From Thermoleophilia bacterium (lineage in GTDB: Bacteria; Actinomycetota; Thermoleophilia; Gaiellales; JAICJC01): a stretch of 64,000 nt of DNA. Each line of letters starts with the position of its first letter. The stretch's first letter is position 1. Positions 1 through 7,929 of the stretch are shown in pieces. Location: contig JAICJC010000003.1 in the NCBI GenBank assembly GCA_025928655.1, forward strand, positions 935 through 64,934, given 5' to 3'. The notes below the pieces were generated by a model. It had not been told where the DNA came from. It did no database searches and saw only the letters and a program-made list of their open reading frames with translations. The translations under genes and the position numbers were made by a program.

Positions 1-696
1 TACATCGCGCTCACGTCGGGGCAGGTGCCGCCGTCGATCGCAGGCGACGGGGTGACGGGCCGCGACTGCACGCCGTCCGCGGCCTGCCAGAGCACCGACC
101 CGAGCATCTTCACTCAGATCGACGGGACGGCGGCGCTGACGTGGCGGACCTACGCCGAGGACATGCCCGGGACGTGCACGCGCACGAACGCCGGAGCCTA
201 CGCGGCCCGCCACAACCCGGCCGTGTACTACCCGGGCGACGCGGCCGCCTGCGCACAGCTCGACGTGCCGTCCGGCTCGCCCGCGTCCGGCGCCCTCACC
301 TCCGACCTGGCCGCGGGCACGCTCCCGAGCTACTCGCTCGTCATCCCCAACCTCTGCAACGACGGCCACGACGCGTGCAACGGCGTCCCCCGCGTGGTCG
401 AGCAGGACACCACGATCGGGGCCTGGATGCCGGCGATCCTGGCCTCGCCCGACTATCGCAGCGGTCGCCTGCTGGTCGTCATCACGGCCGACACGAGCCA
501 GTCGGCGGCGAACGGCAACCTGCTCGCGACGATCCTGGTGAGCCCGGACGTCCCGGCCGGCACGACGGCGACCGCGCGGTTCGACCACTACTCGCTGCTG
601 CGGCTCGACGAGGAGCTGCTCGGCCTCCCGCCGCTCGCGAACGCGGCCGCGGCGGCCGACATGGCGCCGGCGTTCAACCTGCCGCTGCCGCAGTAG
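1..696 (+). CDS. phosphoesterase-family protein (phospholipase C / acid-phosphatase-like), 5' end outside window
   Basis: The frame is open from nt 1 into ORF 25..696. Motifs RHNPAVYY, PNLCNDGHD and DHYSLLR are typical of PF04185-type phosphoesterases. It is a paralogue of the 5530..6435 product. Confidence 0.7.
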   Translation, partial: YIALTSGQVPPSIAGDGVTGRDCTPSAACQSTDPSIFTQIDGTAALTWRTYAEDMPGTCTRTNAGAYAARHNPAVYYPGDAAACAQLDVPSGSPASGALTSDLAAGTLPSYSLVIPNLCNDGHDACNGVPRVVEQDTTIGAWMPAILASPDYRSGRLLVVITADTSQSAANGNLLATILVSPDVPAGTTATARFDHYSLLRLDEELLGLPPLANAAAAADMAPAFNLPLPQ

Positions 697-739
697 CCCG
701 GCCCCGTGCGTCGGGCGGAACGCCCTGTAGGATCGCCTC

Positions 740-1516
740 ATGGCTGCCGTCGTCTCGCGGAAGCTGACGCTGACCGAGCCGTTCCTGACCGGCGCCGACG
801 TGAGGGCGGCGCAGCGGGCGCTGCACACGAACCGGTTCGGCATCGACTTCGGCCCGGGCAGGGCCGACAGCCAGTTCGGACGCAAGACGGCGGATGCCAC
901 CCGGCTCGCGAAGTTCCTGCTCGGCTACCCGCGGGCCGAGGTGAACCGCGAGTTCGGCCCCAACCTGTACGGGTACCTGGTGCCGAAGGGCGCCCCCGGC
1001 TACAGGCAACGGCCGCCCGGGTTCGTCGCCCCGAGCGTCGCGCGGCGTACGCAGTTCCGGGCCAACGCGCCGGTGCGCACGCGCTTGGTGGGCTGGTGCA
1101 CCTGGGGCATCGAGAACAACGCCGAGATCCACTACGAGCAGGCGCGCCCGATCCCCGTCGACCACCTGCCCGGGACGCTGCCGCTGACGACGGACTGCTC
1201 GGGGTCGACCACGCTGTTCGCCCGCTGGGCGGGGGCGCCCGACCCGAACGGCATGGGCTACGACGGCTCGGGCAGCACGATGGCGATGCTCGCCAACATG
1301 CGCCGCATCCGGGCGGCGCAGGCCCTGGCGGGCGACCTGATCGTCTTCGACGGGCCGCCGGCGGAGCAGCACGTGGTGGTGCTGCTCGAGAAGGGCAGCG
1401 AGGCGGACCCGCTCGTCGCCAGCCACGGCAGCGAGCGGGGGCTGCTCGAGCTGCGGCTGTCCGACGAGCGCGCCGCGCACGCCGGGCTCGAGCTCGTCCA
1501 CCTCTCGCTGGACTAG
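740..1516 (+). CDS. cell-wall hydrolase: peptidoglycan-binding domain + NlpC/P60-like cysteine peptidase
   Basis: The N-terminus has a PG_binding_1-like segment (LTGADVRAAQRAL..GPGRADSQFGRKT). The C-terminal domain has a DCSGS catalytic-Cys motif and a downstream His (EQHVVVLL). Confidence 0.65.
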   Translation: MAAVVSRKLTLTEPFLTGADVRAAQRALHTNRFGIDFGPGRADSQFGRKTADATRLAKFLLGYPRAEVNREFGPNLYGYLVPKGAPGYRQRPPGFVAPSVARRTQFRANAPVRTRLVGWCTWGIENNAEIHYEQARPIPVDHLPGTLPLTTDCSGSTTLFARWAGAPDPNGMGYDGSGSTMAMLANMRRIRAAQALAGDLIVFDGPPAEQHVVVLLEKGSEADPLVASHGSERGLLELRLSDERAAHAGLELVHLSLD

Positions 1517-1523
1517 CGGCGGC

Positions 1524-2660
1524 CTATCCCGGGATGTGCGCGCCGGCGGCGAGCGCGATCTCGCCGGCGAGCGCCGCGGCCAGGAGCACCGCCACGATGC
1601 TCTGGCGCGCGAGGATGAGGGCGGCCCCCGCGGCGGCGAGCACCGCGTACTGCCACCCCTCCCGCAGCTCCCCGGCGAGCAGCACCGACGAGCCGGCGAT
1701 CGCGCCGATCGCCGCGGGGCCGGCGCCCTCGAGGAAGGCCCGGGCGGCCGGGTTGCGGCGCAGGCGATCGAAACGCGACCGGCCGATGAGGACGAAGATG
1801 AACGACGGCGCGAACGCGACGAGGGCCGCCAGGAGCGCGGCGCCGACGCCGCCCGCGGCGTAGCCGACCGCGGCCACCGTCCCCACCACGGGCCCGGGCG
1901 TGACCTGTCCCAGCGCGACGGCGTCGAGGAACTGCGGCCCCGTCATCCAGTGGTAGCGGGAGACGGCGTCGGACTGCATGAGCGGGATGATCACGAAGCC
2001 GCCTCCGAAGCTCAGCGCCCCGACCTTGAGCGCCGTCCACGCCAGCGAGCCGAGCCCGGCTGCATGGGGCGCCGCGGCCAGGCTGATCGGACCTGTACCG
2101 CCGCGGCGGATCAGGATCTCCGCCCCGCCGCAGGCGAGCAGCGCGACCACGACGTCCGCGCCGGCGACGGCGGCCGCGGCCGCTCCCGCAGAGGCATAGG
2201 CGAGCCAGCGCACCCGTCTCGCCGCGCCCGCCGCCCGCGCCCACGACGGCAGCGCCAGATCGAGCCCCGCCCGCACCGCAACGGCTGCGACGGCCGCTCC
2301 GCCGCCGGCCCCCGCCGCCCGCACCCCCTCCGGGGGCGACGAGGACAGAAACAGCGCGGCCAGGGCGATGACGATCGCGACGCCGGGGACGATGAATCCG
2401 GCGCCGCCGACAAGCGCGCCGCGCCAGCCACCGACCCGGCCGGCGCAGTAGATCGCGAGCTGTGTCGACGACGGCCCCGGCAGCAGGTTGCACGCGGCGA
2501 TCGCGTCCTCGAACTCGTCGCCGGGGATCCATCCGCGGCGGACGACGCACAGCTGCCGCAGGAGCACGATGTGGGTCGGCGGCCCGCCGAAGCCGATCAG
2601 GCCCAGCCGCCCCCACTCCCTGGCGACCGTGCGAAGCGGCTCAGCCGGGGGCGGCGGCAC
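1524..2660 (-). CDS. chrA: chromate transporter (CHR family)
   Basis: The CHR signature is duplicated: GLIGFGGPPTHIVLL..NLLPGPSSTQ and LKVGALSFGGGFVIIPL..VTPGP. The protein is multi-TM. Confidence 0.85.
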   Translation of the reverse strand: MPPPPAEPLRTVAREWGRLGLIGFGGPPTHIVLLRQLCVVRRGWIPGDEFEDAIAACNLLPGPSSTQLAIYCAGRVGGWRGALVGGAGFIVPGVAIVIALAALFLSSSPPEGVRAAGAGGGAAVAAVAVRAGLDLALPSWARAAGAARRVRWLAYASAGAAAAAVAGADVVVALLACGGAEILIRRGGTGPISLAAAPHAAGLGSLAWTALKVGALSFGGGFVIIPLMQSDAVSRYHWMTGPQFLDAVALGQVTPGPVVGTVAAVGYAAGGVGAALLAALVAFAPSFIFVLIGRSRFDRLRRNPAARAFLEGAGPAAIGAIAGSSVLLAGELREGWQYAVLAAAGAALILARQSIVAVLLAAALAGEIALAAGAHIPG

Positions 2661-3138
2661 GCAGCATCTTCGCCGTGGCGAGCCACAGCAGGGTCGCCTC
2701 CATGACCTCGCCGCCCGGGCGGAACGTGACGTCGAGGCAGGCGCAGCCCGCCTTGCGCAGGTCGACGAAGCCGCGCGTCCGGCTGCCGGTGCAGACCTGC
2801 TCCACCAGCGCGCTCAGCATCGGCTCGTGCCCGACGATCATCACCGTCTCCTCGGCGCGCCGGGCGAGCGCGCGAAGCGCCGGCTCCGGGGGGCCGTCCG
2901 CGAGCTCGTCGAGCACCTCCACCGTGCTGCCGAAGGCCGCCGCCGCCGCGTCGGCCGTCTGGCGGGCGCGGGCCTTCGGGCTCGTCAGGATGACATCGGG
3001 CGCGTCGCACAAACGGGCCAGGGCGCGCGCGGCCTTGCGCGTGCGCGTCACGCCCTCCGCCGTGAGCACACGCGCCGCGTCCGTGCCGTCGGCGGCCGAG
3101 TCCTCGGCGATCCCGTGGCGGAAGACGAGCAGCCGCAT
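2641..3138 (-). CDS. sixA: phosphohistidine phosphatase SixA-like (histidine phosphatase superfamily)
   Basis: It has the LLVFRHG catalytic motif and ..IVGHEP.. second histidine, and is about 165 aa. It lies 2 nt downstream of the CYTH-CHAD gene and overlaps chrA by 20 nt. Confidence 0.7.
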   Translation of the reverse strand: MRLLVFRHGIAEDSAADGTDAARVLTAEGVTRTRKAARALARLCDAPDVILTSPKARARQTADAAAAAFGSTVEVLDELADGPPEPALRALARRAEETVMIVGHEPMLSALVEQVCTGSRTRGFVDLRKAGCACLDVTFRPGGEVMEATLLWLATAKMLRAAAPG

Positions 3139-3140
3139 GC

Positions 3141-4577
3141 CTATACGAATACTCCATCCGCGCGGCGCTCGAGCTCACGCCACGCCTTCGGGTACGCGGC
3201 CCGGGCGGCGCGGCGGCGCTCGTGCTGGCGCTCGATCACGCGGCCGGCGGCGATCGCCTGGCCGGCCGGCGCCCGCGGCCCGACGAGCGCGCGGATGCGC
3301 CCCTCGGCCACGCTCGCGTCCTGGTGGTCGCCGAGCACGTCCTGGAGCACCTTGGCGGCGCGGATGAACGCCGTCGCCCCGCGGCCGGCCGACCGCTCCG
3401 CCAGCTCGGCCGCGTACCGGGCCCGCTTCACGGCGATCCGGGCGGCGTGCAGCTCCTCGTCCGGCGGGTGGGCGCCGAGCGCCCGCATCGCCTTGCGCAG
3501 GCGGCGGAACTCGGGCGCGGCCAGGTCGCGCAGCGTGCGCCGGCTGCGCGCCGCCGGGGGCGCCCTGGTATCCGCGTCGAGCCGCTCGACGAGCGCCAGG
3601 TAGCGGGGCTCCGTCATGGCCGCGCGGAGGGCGTCGCGGCCCGCCGCCCGCTCGGCCTCGAGCTTCAGGATGAGCGTCAGGAACGCCGCCTCGTCGTCGC
3701 CGCCGAGCGCGCCGGCGTCGGCGCGCAGGTGCTCGACCAGCACGTCCAGGTCGCGCACGGGCCCGAGGGCCCCGCCCAGCCAGCCGAGCTCGGCCCGCAG
3801 CTCACGCACCCACCCGGCGTCGAGGAGCGGCCGCGCCGCCCGCAGGGTCGCCCGCATGCGGCGTGTCGCCACGCGCATCTGGTGCAGCTCCTCGGGTTCG
3901 CGCCCGAGGCGGGTGCCGGGATCGTGGCGGACGATGGCCCGGTACTGCGCCCGCAGCGCCGCTGCCACCTGCTCCCCCGCCGGCGCGTCGCGGGCCGGGC
4001 GCGCGTCGGGCTCCGGCGGCGGCAGGTCGAGCGCCTGGAAGAGCTTCGGCCGCAGGTCCGCCTCGACCGCCCCGGCCCGGCGCAGCTGCCGCACGATGCC
4101 GCGCAGGTCGGAGACGGTGCCGTCGACGAGCTCGACCTCGAGCTCCTCGAACCGGCGCGTGATCCGGCGGCCCTCGAACACCGCGACGGCGTCCACCACC
4201 ACCTCGGCGAGCGCCCGGCCGCCGGAGCGGACGAGCACGCCGGACCGGTGCGTGCGCAGGCGCGCGACCGCGACCGGTTTCGCCCCGCGCAGGTGGGCCG
4301 TCAGGAGCGCCGTGACCTCGGCGGGCACGGCCCGGCCGCCGCCCTCGTACTCGAGCTCGAGCCGGGCGCTCCCGCGAGGCAGCTTCACCTGCCAGGCGCC
4401 GCGGCCGTGCTCGACCCGGTGGCGCAGGGTGATGCCGGCGGCGGCCAGACGCAGCCCGGGCGTGTCGTGGTAGGTCGAGCGCAGAACCCGGGCTGGGAGC
4501 GGATCTCCGGGCAGCGGCGGCAGGACGTACCCCGGCGGGGCGGTGAGCTTGCGCTCGCGCTCGAGCGTGGCCTTCAC
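3141..4577 (-). CDS. CYTH (triphosphate tunnel metalloenzyme-like) + CHAD domain protein
   Basis: Track ORF 3141..5069 was trimmed to GTG 4577 (residue 165). The upstream part is low-complexity and overlaps the divergent parA-like gene. The N-terminal part is CYTH-like (VKATLERERKL..LELEYEGGG). The C-terminal part is a helical CHAD domain (HQMRVATRRMRATLR, LHAARIAVKRARYAAE). Confidence 0.75.
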   Translation of the reverse strand: MKATLERERKLTAPPGYVLPPLPGDPLPARVLRSTYHDTPGLRLAAAGITLRHRVEHGRGAWQVKLPRGSARLELEYEGGGRAVPAEVTALLTAHLRGAKPVAVARLRTHRSGVLVRSGGRALAEVVVDAVAVFEGRRITRRFEELEVELVDGTVSDLRGIVRQLRRAGAVEADLRPKLFQALDLPPPEPDARPARDAPAGEQVAAALRAQYRAIVRHDPGTRLGREPEELHQMRVATRRMRATLRAARPLLDAGWVRELRAELGWLGGALGPVRDLDVLVEHLRADAGALGGDDEAAFLTLILKLEAERAAGRDALRAAMTEPRYLALVERLDADTRAPPAARSRRTLRDLAAPEFRRLRKAMRALGAHPPDEELHAARIAVKRARYAAELAERSAGRGATAFIRAAKVLQDVLGDHQDASVAEGRIRALVGPRAPAGQAIAAGRVIERQHERRRAARAAYPKAWRELERRADGVFV

Positions 4578-4635
4578 GGGCGCGATGGTACCAACGGGAC
4601 GATCCGCGGACGGCGCGGCGTGAGACAATGCCCGC

Positions 4636-5505
4636 GTGCACGTGATCGCGGTCGTCAACCGCAAGGGCGGGGTCGGGAAGACGACGACGGCCGTGAATCT
4701 CGCCGCCGCCATGGCGCTCGAGTCGCGCCGGGTGCTGCTCGTCGACCTCGACCCCCAGGGATCGGCCGGCGTCGCGGTCGGCGTCCCGGCAGCGGTCGAG
4801 GACGGCTCGGGCGGGATGTTCCGGGGCAAGCCGCGCTGGTGGGCGCGGCGCTCGCCGGTGGACAGGCTCGACCGGCTCGGCGTGGTGCCGGCCGATCCGC
4901 GGCTCGCCGCCGAGGAGGCGACGATCCACGGCGACGGCCGCCGCGGCGGCCGGCTCGCCGCCGCGCTCGCCGGCGCGAACGAGGAGTGGGAGGTGGTCGT
5001 CGTCGACACGCCACCCGGAATCGGCGGCCTGAGCGCCTCGGCCCTGCGGGCGGCCGACGCCGTCGTCATCCCGGCGGCCGCCGACTACCTCTCGATCGAC
5101 GCGCTCCAGGGCACGATCGAGGCCGTCCGCGCCATCGAGCGTGAGGCGGGCAGACGCTACACGCCGCTCGTCCTCTTGCCGACGTTCGTCGACGCGCGCC
5201 GCCCGGGCGCGCTGGCGGCGGCGGCGCTCATGCGCGAGCGCTTCGGCGACCTGGTGTCGCCGGTCGAGATCCCGCACAGCGCCCGCCACGACACGGCCGC
5301 GCTCGCGGGCTCGCCGGTCGTCGTGAGCGCGCCGCGGTCGACCGCGGCCGCCGCCTACCGCACGGCGGCCGACGACCTGGCCGGCCGGCTGGGCCGCAAG
5401 CCGGCCAAGCGCCACGGCGCCCTCAAGGGCTTCGTCCGCGCCGACATGCGCGAGGCGCTGACGGCCATCCGCCGCGCCAACCGGGGTCAGACCCCGAACG
5501 GTTGA
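4636..5505 (+). CDS. orphan ParA/Soj-family P-loop ATPase
   Basis: GTG start. Deviant Walker A NRKGGVGKTTTAVNLA, LLVDLDPQGS, and Walker B VVVVDTPPG. No ParB-like gene is adjacent. The last codons (GQTPNG) are encoded by a REP-like palindrome. Confidence 0.85.
   Translation: MHVIAVVNRKGGVGKTTTAVNLAAAMALESRRVLLVDLDPQGSAGVAVGVPAAVEDGSGGMFRGKPRWWARRSPVDRLDRLGVVPADPRLAAEEATIHGDGRRGGRLAAALAGANEEWEVVVVDTPPGIGGLSASALRAADAVVIPAAADYLSIDALQGTIEAVRAIEREAGRRYTPLVLLPTFVDARRPGALAAAALMRERFGDLVSPVEIPHSARHDTAALAGSPVVVSAPRSTAAAAYRTAADDLAGRLGRKPAKRHGALKGFVRADMREALTAIRRANRGQTPNG
5483..5501. repeat. REP-like palindrome GGGGTCAGACCCC + CGAACGG flank
   Basis: The sequence reads ggggtcagaccccgaacgg. It lies inside the last codons of the parA-like gene. 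Confidence 0.7.
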
Positions 5506-5529
5506 CGCGGCGGATGTGCGAGAGATCCG

Positions 5530-6435
5530 TTACAGGTTGAACGGGATCCGAAGCCCCTTGACGAAGCATGCTGCCCCGCGACAGGGCAGGTGCAGCATCG
5601 ACTCCCACGCCCGCAGCGCGCTGAAGTGGTTCATCGGGCGCAGCGCCCGCTTCGCCGGCGTCGAGGGCGAGATGACGATGAACGGGATCGGCGTCGCGAG
5701 CGACCCGGATCCGGACGACGAGTCGAACCAGATGAAGACGGCCGTGTGCCCGCGCGTGTACGGGCGCCGGTGCAGGAGCCCGTGGGTGCCACCCAGGAAC
5801 GACTTCAGCCACGCGCTCGCCTGGGCCGGCGTGCCGTCGTGCATGTCGTGCCTGAGGTTCGGCGTGATCCAGGTGAACCGCCGCTCGAGCTTCAGGCGGT
5901 GTGACGGCAGCGGCACGACGTCGGCCCGGCACGTCGCCCTGCGGATGCGGGTGTAGTACAGCGCCGGGGCGTGCCGCGCGGCGAACAGCGAGGTGTCCTT
6001 GCGGTAGCACGGCGACGGCATCGACTCCGCGAACAGGCGCCAGTTGGGCCGGCCGAGCTGGTTGAAGATGTTGCCGCGGCCGCTCTGGCATCCGGGACCC
6101 GGCGTGCAGTCGCCGGTCACGACCCGCCGGCCGCCGGTCGCCGCGAGGTAGTTCGGCAGGCTGTGCGGGAAGTGCACGGCGCGGAAAGCCCGCGCCGACC
6201 CGCATTTGCCGGCGAGCGTCTTGAAGTAGCTGCTCGGCGCGCCCTTCCCCAGGATGTCGCCGTAGGAGTGGTTCTCGAATGCGATCACGACGATGTGGTG
6301 CCACGCCGGCGGCCGGCGCAGATGGCCGCACGGCGAGCTCGCCGCCGCCGTGCCGGGCGCAGCCAGCGAGATGGCAGCCGCCACGGCAATTCCTGCTGCG
6401 GCCACGCGGACGAGCAGCAGCGGACGATGATGCAT
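5530..6435 (-). CDS. secreted phosphoesterase-family protein (PF04185-like)
   Basis: Signal-peptide-like N-terminus (LLLVRVAAAGIAVAAAISLAAPGTAAA). Motifs IVVIAFENHSY, ARHAPALYY and PNLRHDMHDG. G+C is visibly a little lower than in the neighbours. Confidence 0.75.
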   Translation of the reverse strand: MHHRPLLLVRVAAAGIAVAAAISLAAPGTAAASSPCGHLRRPPAWHHIVVIAFENHSYGDILGKGAPSSYFKTLAGKCGSARAFRAVHFPHSLPNYLAATGGRRVVTGDCTPGPGCQSGRGNIFNQLGRPNWRLFAESMPSPCYRKDTSLFAARHAPALYYTRIRRATCRADVVPLPSHRLKLERRFTWITPNLRHDMHDGTPAQASAWLKSFLGGTHGLLHRRPYTRGHTAVFIWFDSSSGSGSLATPIPFIVISPSTPAKRALRPMNHFSALRAWESMLHLPCRGAACFVKGLRIPFNL

Positions 6436-6548
6436 GGTTGGACCCCCTGACCCTGTGACGCTGCCCGCGGGCAGACCATAGCGCCCGGAAATTGGAATGC
6501 CAGCGGCTATGCTCGCCGAAGGATTTCCGACCGAGGAGGACGTTCCAG

Positions 6549-7877
6549 ATGGCGACGGTGCACGAGGGCGTCGACGCCCTGCGGGAGGCCGCGGGCAAGG
6601 AGTGGTTGTCGTGGACGCGGATGGCGGACTTCGACGGGGCCCCGCCGCCGATCCTGGTCGGCGGTGACGGCCCGTACGTGTACGAGGCGGACGGCACCCG
6701 GCTCCTCGACGCGATGTCGGGCCTCTTCACGACCCAGATCGGCTACTCGCACGGGCCGGAGCTGGGGGAGGCGGCCAAGCGCCAGCTCGAGTCCTTCGGC
6801 TTCTACCCCAACTGGGCGGCCACCTCGCCGGCGCCGGTCGAGCTCACCCGCCGCGTCACCGACCTCGCCCCGGAGAACCTGACCCGCGCGTTCTTCACCT
6901 CGGGCGGCTCCGAGGCGGTGGAGTCGGCGATCAAGCTCGTGCGCCAGCACTGGCTCGGCAGGGGCGAGCCGCTGCGGCGGAAGGTCATCGCCCGCCGCGG
7001 CGCCTACCACGGCTGCACTCTCGGCGCCCTCTCGCTCACCGGCATCCCGGCGGCGCGGGCGCCGTTCGAGCCGCTCCTGGGCGACGTCCGCCATGCCGAG
7101 AACACCGACCGCCGCAACTACCGCCAGGCGGTCACCGAGGAGGAGTGGAGCGACGCCGCGGTGGGCGCGATAGAGCGCACGATCGTCGCCGAGGGGCCGC
7201 ACACCGTGGCCGCCGTGGTCGTGGAGCCGGTGCAGAACGCCGGCGGCTGCCTGACGCCGCCTCCGGGCTACCCGCAGCGCCTGCGCGAGCTGTGCGACCG
7301 CCACGGCATCCTGCTCTGGTGTGACGAAGTCATCACCGGATTCGGCCGGCTGGGCGCCTGGTTCGGCTCCGAGCGGCTCGGCTTCGACGCCGACATCGTC
7401 ACCTTCGCCAAGGGCGTCACCTCCGGCCAGGCGCCGCTCGGCGGCGTCCTCTTCACCGACGAGGTTGCGACCCCGCTGCTCGACCAGAAGGCCGTCTACG
7501 CGCACGGCTTCACGTTCGGCGGGCATCCGCTCTCGTGCGCCGTGGCCCTGGCCAACCTCGACATCATGGAGCGGCTCGACGTGCTCGCCAACGTGCGCAC
7601 GCTCGAGGATCACCTCGGCGGCGTGCTCGACGAGGTCGCCGAGGGCTCGGACCTCGTGGTCGAGGCCCGCGGCTGCGGGTTCTTCCGCGCGATCGAGCTG
7701 CGCGAGGCCGGCGTCCTGGCCGCCGCCCGCGACGCCATCCGGGCCGAGGGCGTGATCGTGCGCCTCGACGACCGCGTGAACCCCTGCCTCGCGATCTCGC
7801 CGCCGCTGATCTGCACGAAGGAGCAGATCGACGAGGTCGGCGCCGGCATCGCGGCCGGCCTGCGCCGCGCAGCCTGA
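6549..7877 (+). CDS. class-III PLP-dependent aminotransferase (omega-transaminase type)
   Basis: Start moved to ATG 6549, with GAGGAGGA ending 9 nt upstream. Motifs FFTSGGSEAVESAIKL, DEVITGFGRLG and TFAKGVTSG (PLP lysine). Confidence 0.85.
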   Translation: MATVHEGVDALREAAGKEWLSWTRMADFDGAPPPILVGGDGPYVYEADGTRLLDAMSGLFTTQIGYSHGPELGEAAKRQLESFGFYPNWAATSPAPVELTRRVTDLAPENLTRAFFTSGGSEAVESAIKLVRQHWLGRGEPLRRKVIARRGAYHGCTLGALSLTGIPAARAPFEPLLGDVRHAENTDRRNYRQAVTEEEWSDAAVGAIERTIVAEGPHTVAAVVVEPVQNAGGCLTPPPGYPQRLRELCDRHGILLWCDEVITGFGRLGAWFGSERLGFDADIVTFAKGVTSGQAPLGGVLFTDEVATPLLDQKAVYAHGFTFGGHPLSCAVALANLDIMERLDVLANVRTLEDHLGGVLDEVAEGSDLVVEARGCGFFRAIELREAGVLAAARDAIRAEGVIVRLDDRVNPCLAISPPLICTKEQIDEVGAGIAAGLRRAA

Positions 7878-7904
7878 TCGGCGCGGGGACCGCCCCCGGC
7901 TCGC

Positions 7905-7917
7905 GGGGACTGTCCCC
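7905..7917. repeat. REP-like palindrome, second family (GGGGACTGTCCCC)
   Basis: The sequence ggggactgtcccc is followed by gat. It lies between the convergent aminotransferase and trpB2 stops. Confidence 0.6.
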
Positions 7918-7929
7918 GATTCTCCGCCC

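Noticed and set aside
4578-5069. N-terminal 164-codon extension of the CYTH-CHAD ORF
   Set aside because: It is Ser/Thr/Ala/Pro-rich and low-complexity, and antisense to the ParA gene, which has clear Walker motifs. An in-frame GTG at 4577 begins exactly at the CYTH-like domain.
6493-6507. Sigma-54-like TGGaatgccagcgGC (GG/GC at -24/-12 spacing) upstream of the aminotransferase
   Set aside because: Only the GG and GC dinucleotides match, and the TTGC core is absent. No enhancer-binding protein gene is nearby, and sigma-54 is generally absent from Actinomycetota.
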